From Paramuribaculum sp. (GTDB lineage Bacteria; Bacteroidota; Bacteroidia; Bacteroidales; Muribaculaceae): a stretch of DNA of 44,071 bases. The notes below the pieces were generated by a model that was not told the origin of the DNA, made no database searches, and worked only from the letters and a program-made list of their open reading frames with translations. Shown here in pieces: positions 33,921 through 43,971 of the stretch (the first letter of the stretch is position 1; every line of letters begins with the position of its first letter). The translations under genes were made by a program, and so were the position numbers. The stretch is taken from the NCBI GenBank assembly GCA_009775605.1, contig VSPV01000001.1:1-44071 (forward strand), in the 5' to 3' direction.

Positions 33921-36188
33921 ATGAAAAACCTTAAGAAAGTTCTATTCAGTCTGCTTGCTGCCACGGCTATGTGGTCATGCAGCGACGACAAGATCGGCCC
34001 CGACGCGCCCGATCAGCTCCCCGAAGGACAAGGCGAAGGCTTCTACATGGCTCTCGACATCCAGATGCCCACAGGAAACATGGGCTCGCGCAGTGAAACC
34101 ACCGATGACGGCACTTCAACCGGAGGCACTGAATTCGGTTCTGACGAGGAAAACACCGTGAGCTCGGCCCTCATAGTCCTCGCGTCCAAAAATGCCGTAG
34201 GCACTTTCAAGGAATTCGGCTTCATTGCCGCCAGCGAAGTGCAGAGCAACTATCTTACAAGCGCCTCCACTTCCACCTCTAAAGAATACAAGGCCCTGGC
34301 CCGTATCCAGAAAACCAATCTTAACTCATTTTATCAGGCGCTCGGCGACAATAATACAGTGGCTCCCGAAGTCTACGTGTTTGTATTCTGCAATCCCACT
34401 AACGAACTCAGAGAAATGTTCTCTGCCGCCAACGCAAACATCGGCGATACCGAATGGATCAACGAAAAATGCACCGTGATTCAGGGCAGCGCCGACAAAC
34501 CTAATGAGAACATAGGCATCTGGGGCTCTAACTCGTTCCTGATGAACAATGTGGAGCTCACCACGCGTCAGCTTCCCGCCAAGGTTCTCGACTGGGAGAA
34601 ATTCAACACTGTTGACAAACCTTTCCACCTCTCCGACGTGAACAACGATGTGAATGTCGACAATCTTGCTTCGCGCGGTGCCGTAAAGGTTGAGCGTTCT
34701 GTGGCACGTTTCGACTTCAAGGACGGTTCGAACAACAACAACACCTACAATGTGCTGTATTATACCAAAGCCGACGGTGAGGCTGACACCAATAATCCTC
34801 TTGTCAAGGTCCAGCTCCAGAAAATGGCGCTCGTAAACATGAGCAACAGCTTCTATTATCTTCCCCGTGTGAGCGACAACGGTCAGCCCGACGGCCCCGG
34901 CTTCGAAATCTGCGGCAAAGAGAAAGGCTGGCAGCGCAATCCCGCTACCGGCGTTTATGCCCAGGGCAACTACGTGGTCGATCCGTATGCTGAACAGTAC
35001 GGAGGCACCACTATCAGCGGCAACTTCTCCGACTATTTCAACTTCGCTTTCTTCAGCAATAACGGCACATTTGCCAACGCAACGATGGCCTCCAGCCAGT
35101 GGGATGTTTACAAAGTGTCCGACGTGCTCAATGGACGCGGAGACAATTACACAGGAACCGATAAAGTCACCGATAAGGACGGTAATGCAACCCACAAGCC
35201 CGGTGATTACCACGTATGGCGCTATGTGACCGAAAACGCAATTCCCGCCGGACCGGCCAAGCAGATGAACGGCATATCCACCGGTATAGTATTCAAGGCC
35301 CGCATGCTCGGCACAACTCAGGCCGAAAGCGTGACATGGCAGTCATGGGACAAAGACTATGTGAAAAATGTGGCCCGTTGCCTCAACGGTGATAAGTTCA
35401 GCGTGATAGGTGTGGAAGGAGAGCATGCTCCCATCAAAGGCAACTCAACTGACGACCCCATTCTCTACTATTTCAACGGCCATCTCTACATGACCTGGTC
35501 CCACATCCGTCAGGCCGCTATTCAGGCTTCCGTAACCATCAACGCCAATGGCGAGACAGAGGTAAACCGCTCCAACAGTCTTTACAAAGCCGTGTTCGGC
35601 GAAGGCCCCATCCCGGCCCAGTACGTTGCTAAAGACGGTAAAGTGGTAAAGAATCAGTATATCAAAGAAAACGGTGAAAAAATCGACGTTGCTGACTCTC
35701 AGTGGAATCCCGGTTCCGAAAATTGGCAACAAAGTGCTCCCTACACGAACTGGACCAAGAGCCCCGACGGTAAATGGACAGATTGGAACAATGCCGGCAA
35801 GCCCGTGCCCGATAATCTCGGCGACGAAGCCAATGCTCATGCCACTCTCACAGCCATGCGTCAGGCCGTTACCGCTGCCGGAATCACCATCTATCAGAGC
35901 TCAATCGACGGCGACACCCCCGGCTACTACTGCTACTATTACTACTGGAACCGTCACAACGACAACGGTATTCCCGGCGTGATGGGCCCGATGGAATTCG
36001 CCGTAGTCCGCAACAACGTGTATAAACTCTCCGTTGACAAAATCTCCCGTCTCGGCCATCCCCGTATTCCCGGAAATGACCCCGACAAGCCTACTCCCGG
36101 CACCCCCGACGAATCCGATGAAATCTACCTCGACGTGAAGGTAGCCATCGTGCCTTGGGCCGTCCGCCTCAACAGCATAGAATTCTAA
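33921..36188 (+). CDS. Mfa1-family major fimbrilin (type V pilus shaft lipoprotein)
   Basis: Lipobox MWSC-SDD, GSR cleavage site, VERSVARFDF, YVTEN, YYYYWNRH, MEFAVVRNNVYKLSV, C-terminal donor strand VAIVPWAVR. Confidence 0.9.
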   Translation: MKNLKKVLFSLLAATAMWSCSDDKIGPDAPDQLPEGQGEGFYMALDIQMPTGNMGSRSETTDDGTSTGGTEFGSDEENTVSSALIVLASKNAVGTFKEFGFIAASEVQSNYLTSASTSTSKEYKALARIQKTNLNSFYQALGDNNTVAPEVYVFVFCNPTNELREMFSAANANIGDTEWINEKCTVIQGSADKPNENIGIWGSNSFLMNNVELTTRQLPAKVLDWEKFNTVDKPFHLSDVNNDVNVDNLASRGAVKVERSVARFDFKDGSNNNNTYNVLYYTKADGEADTNNPLVKVQLQKMALVNMSNSFYYLPRVSDNGQPDGPGFEICGKEKGWQRNPATGVYAQGNYVVDPYAEQYGGTTISGNFSDYFNFAFFSNNGTFANATMASSQWDVYKVSDVLNGRGDNYTGTDKVTDKDGNATHKPGDYHVWRYVTENAIPAGPAKQMNGISTGIVFKARMLGTTQAESVTWQSWDKDYVKNVARCLNGDKFSVIGVEGEHAPIKGNSTDDPILYYFNGHLYMTWSHIRQAAIQASVTINANGETEVNRSNSLYKAVFGEGPIPAQYVAKDGKVVKNQYIKENGEKIDVADSQWNPGSENWQQSAPYTNWTKSPDGKWTDWNNAGKPVPDNLGDEANAHATLTAMRQAVTAAGITIYQSSIDGDTPGYYCYYYYWNRHNDNGIPGVMGPMEFAVVRNNVYKLSVDKISRLGHPRIPGNDPDKPTPGTPDESDEIYLDVKVAIVPWAVRLNSIEF

Positions 36189-36202
36189 AGCATTCCCGGA
36201 AG

Positions 36203-36232
36203 GGTAGGGATGTGCCGCGGTGCGTCCCTGCC
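36203..36232 (+). terminator. Intergenic hairpin after the major pilin gene (mRNA stabiliser or partial terminator)
   Basis: GGTAGGGATGTGC-CGCG-GTGCGTCCCTGCC imperfect stem-loop with no U tract. Confidence 0.5.
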
Positions 36233-36264
36233 ATTCCATCAACCAATCATTACCGCTCAACCCG

Positions 36265-37284
36265 ATGTATAATCTAAAGCGCAACATAATCAGAGCCATA
36301 CGATCGGCCGCCATAGGCACCGCAGCGCTCGTGGGTCTGACCGGATGCAGTTCCTTGATCAATGACGATCTGGCTCCTTGCCCCGAAGGCGTGGTGCTCC
36401 GCTTCGTCTACGATTACAACATGGAATTTGCCAACGCATTCCCCTCGCAGGTCGACTGTCTGACCCTGCTCGTCTACGACGCACAGGGACGCCTCGTCGA
36501 GACCCGCACCGAGACATCATCGGTGCTTGCCGACGAGAACTACCGCATGACCCTCGACCTCCCCGCAGCCTCCTACCACTTCGTGGCCTACGGCGGCATG
36601 GCATGCTCTAAACCCACGTTCCATTTCGTCGACCAGCCCGTGGCCGGCTCGCAGCTCCGTGACCTCGCCGTGGCAATGAACGCCGACTGCATCGACGCCG
36701 ACCCCGGCAAGGACCTGCATCCGCTCTTTTTCGGTGACCTTGACCTCACCGTTGACCCCGACGCCACCGACTATACCGCCGGCACCGTCTATATGATGAA
36801 GGACACCAACTCCATACGCATCCTGCTCCAGAACGTAGACGGCACCTCCGTGGATCCCGCCGACTTCACATTCGAGATCACCGACAACAACACCCTGCTC
36901 TCGTGGCAGAACGCCGTGGTGCCCACCGCCGGCGGAATCACATATCATCCCTGGGCAACCGGTCAGGCCGGAGCCGGCGAGACCGAGGAAGGCGACGACG
37001 CCATTCTCGCATTCGCCGAATTCTCAACCTCGCGCCTCATAGCCGGCAGCAACGCCCGTCTTGTAATCAACAGTGTCGCCGACGGCCGCCCCGTCCTTTC
37101 CATACCCCTTGTCAACTATCTCCTGCTGCTCAAGAGCCTCCACTTCGACTCCATGGGCTCCCAGGAATTCCTCGACCGCGAAAGCCGCTGGAACATGATA
37201 CTGTTCCTCGACAACGGCCGCTGGATCGACACCCGCATAGTTATCAACGACTGGATTGTGCGACTCAACAACGCTGACCTATGA
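36265..37284 (+). CDS. FimB/Mfa2-family anchor pilin lipoprotein
   Basis: Lipobox LTGC, DDLAPCP, RFVYDYNMEFANAF, KDTNSIRI, EFLDRE, C-terminal IVINDWIVR. Confidence 0.9.
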   Translation: MYNLKRNIIRAIRSAAIGTAALVGLTGCSSLINDDLAPCPEGVVLRFVYDYNMEFANAFPSQVDCLTLLVYDAQGRLVETRTETSSVLADENYRMTLDLPAASYHFVAYGGMACSKPTFHFVDQPVAGSQLRDLAVAMNADCIDADPGKDLHPLFFGDLDLTVDPDATDYTAGTVYMMKDTNSIRILLQNVDGTSVDPADFTFEITDNNTLLSWQNAVVPTAGGITYHPWATGQAGAGETEEGDDAILAFAEFSTSRLIAGSNARLVINSVADGRPVLSIPLVNYLLLLKSLHFDSMGSQEFLDRESRWNMILFLDNGRWIDTRIVINDWIVRLNNADL

Positions 37285-39011
37285 TTCTCCACTCTCTGCG
37301 ACATTCGGCCCTGGCGGCGCTCACCCTCGCCGCCCTGGCTCTTGCCGCCTGCTCCTCCGAGGCCCCCTCTCCGGCCCCCGACGAGACCAAAGGCGACGTG
37401 ACCCTCCGCCTGAAGGTGGCAATGGGTCTTGACGGCGATGCCGGTTCGCGCGCCGACGCCCCCGACAGCTACGAGCCCGGCACCGGTGATTTCGAATCTG
37501 TCTCCACCCTCCGCGTAATCATTCTTCACGACTCCCGGAAGGTTGAAGGCAACCGCATGGTAGCCACCGATGCCAAGGGCAATCCCCTGAACGACAATCT
37601 CGAGTTCAAGGTGGCGTCCAACGAGCTGAAATGGGTGTATCTCATTGCCAATGAAGCTTCGCTGCCGTTGCCGTCAGATCCGGGACGTGATGTCAGGACT
37701 GTGAGTGAGTGGCTCGACAGTTACGCCGTCGGTCAGGAACTGCCTCTTGAAGTGATGCAGTCATGGACCGCGGGCTATACAAACCAACAGCTGAACTCGC
37801 AGAACGTCACATCATCTCTTTTCAAAGATAAAGAAAGGCTTCCCCTCACAGAAGTGTTCCGCCTCCAGACGGTGAAGATTCCTCACCCTGATTATTCCAC
37901 CGATTCCGGCTCAGGAAGCGATGAGAGTGGAGTGAGCCCCAACGACATCAGCCAGACACAGGAGGCCCGTCTGTTCATGACCCGCGCCGCCGCCAAAGCC
38001 ACATTCTTTTTTAATCTCTCAGGCTTTCAGGGTATAGGTGGAACGATTACCGGTGTGCGTCTTTCCGGCCTGAGCCAGCGTGAATACGTGTTTCCCCGTT
38101 ACACATCGGCTACAACCGTGAGCAGCGCTGTCTATTCTCCGGAAAAATATACCGGCACAGGCATCAACGGAGATGAGAGCAGCGGAGAAATCAAAAATGT
38201 AGATAAGAACCAGCGCTATATAAAGGCATTCGATTCTCCATCCTCAAACTCGGTGATTACGTATACTCTCGACGGTGCGAATTTCGGCAACCCGATAAAA
38301 CTGCTTGCCTCATCTGGCAACGACATTCAGCGCGGAGACATTTATTTCCCCGAATCATCATCCACGCTGCAATCCGGAGCCTATAAGGTGCAGATTCAGC
38401 TCGACGGCAGCCGCTGGCTCGACGCTCAGCCTCTTGCAACCAATATTCTTGAATTCGACGGCCATCAGGCCATAGCCCGAAACACCCACCTGAAAATCAA
38501 CATCAGTGTCGGCACCGACAACTCGATTTTCTACGACGTGGAGCCGCTGCCCTGGACTCCTGAAACTTACGAATTCGACTATACTGAGCAGATAGGTGTG
38601 GCAAGTGACGGTCTTCTGAACTTCGAGACCGGTACCTATGCTTCACTCGACAAGAACAGCGGCCGACTCGTGCTCAGGAATTATCCTGACGCCGTAAAGG
38701 GCTCTTTCGGAATCTCTACTCCTCTTGGAGCCCGCTGGGATGCCTATCTCATCACGCAGAGCGGCGAGCAGAACGCCATTCAGTTCCTTCTGCCCGACGG
38801 TAACCCCACCACCCATATCACGGGCAGCGTGGGCACTAAGGTCGACTTCTCCGTAGCTCCTACGAGCGCAGCCGGAACCACGGCACGTCATGCCATACTC
38901 CAGGTAATGGTGACGATGCCGAGCGGCCTGTCAGTCCCTGCCCGTGCCATCCTCGGAAACGACTATGGCAAGGATGTACAGTATGTCACCTTTATCCAGA
39001 ATCCTCAATAA
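37281..39011 (+). CDS. Type V pilus accessory (minor) pilin lipoprotein
   Basis: Lipobox LAAC, GSRA cleavage site, LRVII, YLIANE, RAAAK, YFPE, IARNTHLKINI, PW motif, plus an extra C-terminal domain. Confidence 0.8.
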   Translation: MILHSLRHSALAALTLAALALAACSSEAPSPAPDETKGDVTLRLKVAMGLDGDAGSRADAPDSYEPGTGDFESVSTLRVIILHDSRKVEGNRMVATDAKGNPLNDNLEFKVASNELKWVYLIANEASLPLPSDPGRDVRTVSEWLDSYAVGQELPLEVMQSWTAGYTNQQLNSQNVTSSLFKDKERLPLTEVFRLQTVKIPHPDYSTDSGSGSDESGVSPNDISQTQEARLFMTRAAAKATFFFNLSGFQGIGGTITGVRLSGLSQREYVFPRYTSATTVSSAVYSPEKYTGTGINGDESSGEIKNVDKNQRYIKAFDSPSSNSVITYTLDGANFGNPIKLLASSGNDIQRGDIYFPESSSTLQSGAYKVQIQLDGSRWLDAQPLATNILEFDGHQAIARNTHLKINISVGTDNSIFYDVEPLPWTPETYEFDYTEQIGVASDGLLNFETGTYASLDKNSGRLVLRNYPDAVKGSFGISTPLGARWDAYLITQSGEQNAIQFLLPDGNPTTHITGSVGTKVDFSVAPTSAAGTTARHAILQVMVTMPSGLSVPARAILGNDYGKDVQYVTFIQNPQ

Positions 39012-39023
39012 TGTTTGACATCC

Positions 39024-41798
39024 ATGATTAAAACCTTCCACAGATATATCTCGACGGCTCTGACGGCCCTGACGCTGGGACTTCTCGGCGTCATGCCGTC
39101 ATGTTCCGACGAATTAGATGTCCCCATGCCCGAAGATCCCGGTGCGGCCAAGGACGGCTACATCACCGTCTCGCTTTCCTGTTCCGATGCCGTTTCGCGT
39201 GCCGGTGAAACCGAACCGGGTGTCGACAACCTCAACGAAAACCGTATCGAAACAGTCACACTCTGCTTCTGGCAGCCTTCGGGAGACAACACCTCCTCTC
39301 GGCCTGCCTATATGCAGACTTTCCGCGACGTCAACGCCGTTGGGAAGGCTACTTTCAATATTCCCCTTACATCCGAAATCCTGACTCAGCTCTTCAAGGA
39401 GGACGGCACAAACAAGTGTAACGTCTACGCCGCCGTCAATGTCGAGCCGGGCAATGCCACTACTGTCGAAGAGCTTCGGCAGCTTGTGGTCAACTCGGAA
39501 TTCGAGAGTAAAATGGTGCAGCCCCGGTTTACAATGGACGGTGACGGAGAGGCCACGCTCACCAATACCGGCCGTGCCGTCACCGGCAGCGTGAAAGTGA
39601 AGCGCTCAGCTGCCAAAATCACTCTCGCCCTTAACGTAGAGGGATCGATAGAAGAAGAAGTAAACGGTGAGAAAATCACCTGGACCCCGCGCCTTGACGG
39701 TATGCGCGTTTGGCTCATGCAGGGCGTAAAAGAGTCTACCCTTACGCCCGCGCCGACCCTCAACATGGCCTCGGACTGCTATTTCAATACACCCGACAAA
39801 AACGATTACGGCTTCAGTGACAATCCCGACCCCAAATACACCAAGTCGCAGACCACACCGTTCTACACCTACCCCAACAAGTGGACGCTCGAAAACAACG
39901 AGCGTCACCGCACCCACATGGTTCTGAGTGTGCCCTGGACTCCCGACGGCGGCAAGACATATCGCACATGTTATTATCAGGTGCCCGTGGTTCCCATGAC
40001 CGCTACCGAGACCGTGCGCAATATCTCCTATCATATCAACCTTCATGTAGGCGTTCTCGGCAGCTTCGTGCCCGAAGAACCGGAGGAAATCGAAGCCGAA
40101 TACTGGGTGGCCGACTGGAGTAACGAAAACATCGATGTCGACATCAAGGACTACCGCTATCTCGTGGTAGACCAGAACGAATTCACCGTCAACAACGAAA
40201 CATCTATCTCCATTCCATTCTACACTTCGCATCCCACAGTTGTAACCGATGTGAAAATGACTTTCTACCGTTACAACTTCTCCGATCAGGGTTCGGAATT
40301 TTACGTGCGCGTGACTCCGGAACAGAATAAAAAATCTGCTGAAAATGGTGAGGCCGTGTATACTGCAAATTTCGATAATAATAGGAAAACTCTTGATGTC
40401 TCCCATGAATTGAAAGTATGGGTGCCTTATAATAGTTCCGATAGGGAAATCTCTCTTACAACTCGGCTCAATGGAACAAGAGCTCCTATTGATTATACCA
40501 ATGATATAGATGAAGTAAGAGAAGCGATTTCATTTTTCAAAAAATCTGATATTGACGAGTACTCACGTGTTGAGTTCGAAGTTACGGTTCAACATAGGGA
40601 TGTTTCTGATGGAACTTCCGGTATAGATAAAAATCTGTACAAAGAAACTATAAAGATCACTCAATATCCGGGTATCTATATCACAGCTGTGCAGAATTAT
40701 GCCGGTAATCTTGAACATTTGCAATATACCCAGCCTCCATTAGGAAATACTATCATTAATGGTAGATACGACGAAGAAACACTGAAAGTTCCCACTTCAG
40801 GTGTAAGCCGATGGCCTAATATTCGAAAAACAATCTATAACTATAGAAACTGGAACAATTCCATTGGTTTAGGATTTCCTCCAAATTATTACAACTGGAA
40901 CCCCAATTTGTATTTGGTCACTATTACAACGTTACCCTCTAATACTAATTATACAATTGGTGACCCACGGTCATATAATATCAATAATGACTTGAGTAAT
41001 AATCACGGTACTTATACTGTTGATGGAGGGACTACTGATGTGTTCAGAACGGAATATTGGGTATTCCAGAAGGGAAATCAGAATCAAGCCTGGTGCCCTA
41101 ATAATCCAAACAGTTGGCATTGGGATGGATATCAGACATCCGACCAGAGTCAGATGAAGCCGTGGTATAGAGAACCTTATTTTAGTACAGATTGGGAATT
41201 ATATGAAGTTCCTGGATTTGTGCAGGCTCCGGCTCTTGGTGAATCAAGCCAACGCACTCTGAGATACTATTATCCAACCCGTGAAAGCAATGATAACCGC
41301 AATACGATTGCCCCCAAATTCCGGATTTGCTCTAGCTATGGAGGAACTTCAAGTTATATGACACGCGAAATGTCACGCCGCAGAGCCGCCGCTTATCAGG
41401 AATTAGGATACTGTGCCGGACGTTGGAGACTTCCCACATTCGCAGAGGTTGAATTTGTAATGCAATTGGCTGCCGATAAAAAAATTCCGCGATTGTTTGG
41501 TACAAATGCATCAGGTACATGGTTTTATTGGTGTGCACAAGGTGCGGTAAGGGTTCCGGATGGGACAGTCACGAATCCGAACATTGCAATTGTTGCAAAT
41601 CCTACAGGAGGTGCATCCGGAGCCGCATCCGCTCCTTTCACCGGTGACAACTACCGCGATCATGCTCGCTTTGTCTACGATGAATGGTACTGGGGTTCCG
41701 AGACTCTCACGCCTTCGGCATCAACACCCAATGCCAACCGTCCCATCTACACTTTCACCTGGGGCGACCGACCCAAGACAAGTCCTCAGGATGAGTAA
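39024..41798 (+). CDS. Type V pilus tip pilin / adhesin lipoprotein with C-terminal CLec-like domain
   Basis: Lipobox MPSC-SDE, SRA cleavage site, NLNENRI, RSAAKI, FYTYPN, RNISY; C-terminal GRWRLPTFAE...YWC...ARFVYD. ATG 39024 preferred over TTG 39015. Confidence 0.8.
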   Translation: MIKTFHRYISTALTALTLGLLGVMPSCSDELDVPMPEDPGAAKDGYITVSLSCSDAVSRAGETEPGVDNLNENRIETVTLCFWQPSGDNTSSRPAYMQTFRDVNAVGKATFNIPLTSEILTQLFKEDGTNKCNVYAAVNVEPGNATTVEELRQLVVNSEFESKMVQPRFTMDGDGEATLTNTGRAVTGSVKVKRSAAKITLALNVEGSIEEEVNGEKITWTPRLDGMRVWLMQGVKESTLTPAPTLNMASDCYFNTPDKNDYGFSDNPDPKYTKSQTTPFYTYPNKWTLENNERHRTHMVLSVPWTPDGGKTYRTCYYQVPVVPMTATETVRNISYHINLHVGVLGSFVPEEPEEIEAEYWVADWSNENIDVDIKDYRYLVVDQNEFTVNNETSISIPFYTSHPTVVTDVKMTFYRYNFSDQGSEFYVRVTPEQNKKSAENGEAVYTANFDNNRKTLDVSHELKVWVPYNSSDREISLTTRLNGTRAPIDYTNDIDEVREAISFFKKSDIDEYSRVEFEVTVQHRDVSDGTSGIDKNLYKETIKITQYPGIYITAVQNYAGNLEHLQYTQPPLGNTIINGRYDEETLKVPTSGVSRWPNIRKTIYNYRNWNNSIGLGFPPNYYNWNPNLYLVTITTLPSNTNYTIGDPRSYNINNDLSNNHGTYTVDGGTTDVFRTEYWVFQKGNQNQAWCPNNPNSWHWDGYQTSDQSQMKPWYREPYFSTDWELYEVPGFVQAPALGESSQRTLRYYYPTRESNDNRNTIAPKFRICSSYGGTSSYMTREMSRRRAAAYQELGYCAGRWRLPTFAEVEFVMQLAADKKIPRLFGTNASGTWFYWCAQGAVRVPDGTVTNPNIAIVANPTGGASGAASAPFTGDNYRDHARFVYDEWYWGSETLTPSASTPNANRPIYTFTWGDRPKTSPQDE

Positions 41799-41811
41799 CC
41801 CTTAGCGATAA

Positions 41812-43803
41812 ATGATTATGAAACTTACAAAATATCTTTGCATAGCATTATTGGCCCTGACGGGGGCAGCCTGTTCGTCCGACGGGCTGCAGCCCGAGGT
41901 CCCCGCTGAAAAGGGTGATATTTACGTTGAGGGCGACAAGGTGGTGGTAAGCGTCGGCATCCAGATGCCCGAGATGCCGAACGCCGACAGCCGCACTCTC
42001 GGCCCTGAGGCCGACTATGCCGACATGCATCTCTACCTGCTGGAGTTTGTCGACAACGGGTCGCCGCTGCGCAACACTTTTACCACCATGTATGAGGCGG
42101 AAGCTGAAACTCCCCAGCCCGGCAAGGTAGTTTACAAAGTGACGCTCAACAAAACCTCCGAAGGCCGGGTGCTGCACCTTGTGGCTTTGCCAAAAAGCCA
42201 GAAACTGACGCCGGACTACGGTGTGGAGGCTTCCGTGATGCCTAATATAGTAGTAACAGATCAGACCCCGGCCTACTGGCGCCGCCTTGCCTTCCCCGAA
42301 GGATATGCCACCGTCTCAGAATCCACGGGATTCACCGCTACCGAGGCAATGGAACAGCTCAAGAGCGTGGCGCTCGTCCGTAACTTCGGCCGTGTGACCG
42401 TAACCAAGGATCCGAGCGTGACCGACTTTATTCTCACAGGCTTTGCGCTCGTGAACAACCCACAGTCCGGAACCGTAGCCCCGTGGGATGCCTCTGACAA
42501 TGAATTCCCCGAATTCCTCGACGCCGACCAGAAGCCGGTGGCATTCAGTGCGCTTTCTTCCTACGAAGGAATCATTCCCGCGGGAACCGAGTTTGACAAT
42601 CAGGACGCAGGGCCTGCCGTTCCTGAGGACGTCAATCCTAAATATTTCTATGAGCGTCCGTTCAGCTCCATCCGCCACACATTCGTGATTGTGCGCGGAA
42701 AATATAAAACTGACGAAACCGACTCATATTATAAGCTCGACCTTGGCAAAAACGACACTCAGGGCGTCTTCCGCTACTACAATCTCCTGCGCAATTTCAG
42801 CTACAACATCACTATCAAAGGTGTTGGCACGCGTGGTTACTCCACTGCTGAGGAAGCAGCTCAGGGAGTGGTCTACAACAATTTCTCGTTTGACATAGAA
42901 CTGGGCGGAATGCTCAATATTTCGGATGGAAATGAGGTGGTGTTTGTCAATTTCACCACCGCCGTGCTCACCGATCCCAATACGCAGGTGCTGGAATTCA
43001 AATACCGTTACCGCAGTCTTGCAGGAAGTTCGCAAGGCGCCCCCACTTACAACAACGGCAACGTGAATTTCATCGGGCTGGAGCCCGGTGACGTAATCCA
43101 GTCGGTCGAGAAATCAACCACCGACGACAGCGACGGATGGCGCTCGGTGAAGATCACCTGCAAGGGCGCCACTGCTGAGACAAAGACGCAATCCTTCACC
43201 ATGGTTAAGGAATCCGGCCTGGGACGAACCATAAATCTGGTTCTCCACCAGAAATGGGACTTCATGAACCTCAAGGAGTTCCCCGGAACCGGTCAGAACT
43301 ATGTGGGAACGGGTGAAGCGCTCGGCACCGGCGCCACGAAGCTTGATCTTGATAATCCCAACCGGGCCGGCGATGGTGAAAAAGATCCGATCACGGTATT
43401 CTTCGATATCCCCGACAACCTGCCCGAAGCCATGTTCCCGCTCGTGTTTGAGCTTGAGGCCGACCGTCAGAATATCGAGAACAATCCTATCGGTACGCTT
43501 GTGGTGACATCAGGGACCTCTTCATTCCCGAATATCCAAGGCTCGCGAATCAAATATATCAAGACCATCACCTGGACCCAGTATAACGACCCGCTTCTTC
43601 CGGGCCAGACCCACGGCGCCAACGGTCTGAAGATTGACAATGGTAACGGAACATCCACCCGCCGCGTGCGCTGCCGCTTCCGCACCATCACTTCGCTTAA
43701 TAACCTTGGAATCCAGGGTTCCGTGACCACAATCCGTATCACAAACGACCACTACAACACCGGGGAAATCAAATTTACCCGAGGAAACGGAACTCTTAAT
43801 TAA
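41812..43803 (+). CDS. Type V pilus accessory pilin lipoprotein
   Basis: Lipobox GAAC-SSD, DSR cleavage site, LHLVA, LVRNFGRV, YFYE, YYKLDL, LLRNFSYNITI. Alternative ATG at 41818. Confidence 0.8.
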   Translation: MIMKLTKYLCIALLALTGAACSSDGLQPEVPAEKGDIYVEGDKVVVSVGIQMPEMPNADSRTLGPEADYADMHLYLLEFVDNGSPLRNTFTTMYEAEAETPQPGKVVYKVTLNKTSEGRVLHLVALPKSQKLTPDYGVEASVMPNIVVTDQTPAYWRRLAFPEGYATVSESTGFTATEAMEQLKSVALVRNFGRVTVTKDPSVTDFILTGFALVNNPQSGTVAPWDASDNEFPEFLDADQKPVAFSALSSYEGIIPAGTEFDNQDAGPAVPEDVNPKYFYERPFSSIRHTFVIVRGKYKTDETDSYYKLDLGKNDTQGVFRYYNLLRNFSYNITIKGVGTRGYSTAEEAAQGVVYNNFSFDIELGGMLNISDGNEVVFVNFTTAVLTDPNTQVLEFKYRYRSLAGSSQGAPTYNNGNVNFIGLEPGDVIQSVEKSTTDDSDGWRSVKITCKGATAETKTQSFTMVKESGLGRTINLVLHQKWDFMNLKEFPGTGQNYVGTGEALGTGATKLDLDNPNRAGDGEKDPITVFFDIPDNLPEAMFPLVFELEADRQNIENNPIGTLVVTSGTSSFPNIQGSRIKYIKTITWTQYNDPLLPGQTHGANGLKIDNGNGTSTRRVRCRFRTITSLNNLGIQGSVTTIRITNDHYNTGEIKFTRGNGTLN

Positions 43804-43823
43804 TACACAATTTCCATAACTTA

Positions 43824-43865
43824 AAGGCGGCGGACTGCGCGATGCATTTCCGCCGTCTTAATTTT
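43824..43865 (+). terminator. Probable terminator of the pilus operon
   Basis: AAGGCGGCGGA / TCCGCCGTCTT stem followed by AATTTT, about 20 nt after the last pilin stop. Confidence 0.6.
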
Positions 43866-43886
43866 CCCCTCTTCCCCTCGAACGTT

Positions 43887-43971
43887 ACGCAGAGCCTCGC
43901 AGAAAGGCAGAGTCCCGCCGGAGTTAAAAGAGGTTCCCGCGTCCATCTGCCGTTCCCGCGCGGCTCTGCGT
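43887..43971. repeat. Imperfect ~25-bp inverted repeat (MITE/REP-like)
   Basis: ACGCAGAGCCTCGCAGAAAGGCAGA versus the reverse complement of the right arm, ACGCAGAGCCGCGCGGGAACGGCAGA. Confidence 0.5.
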
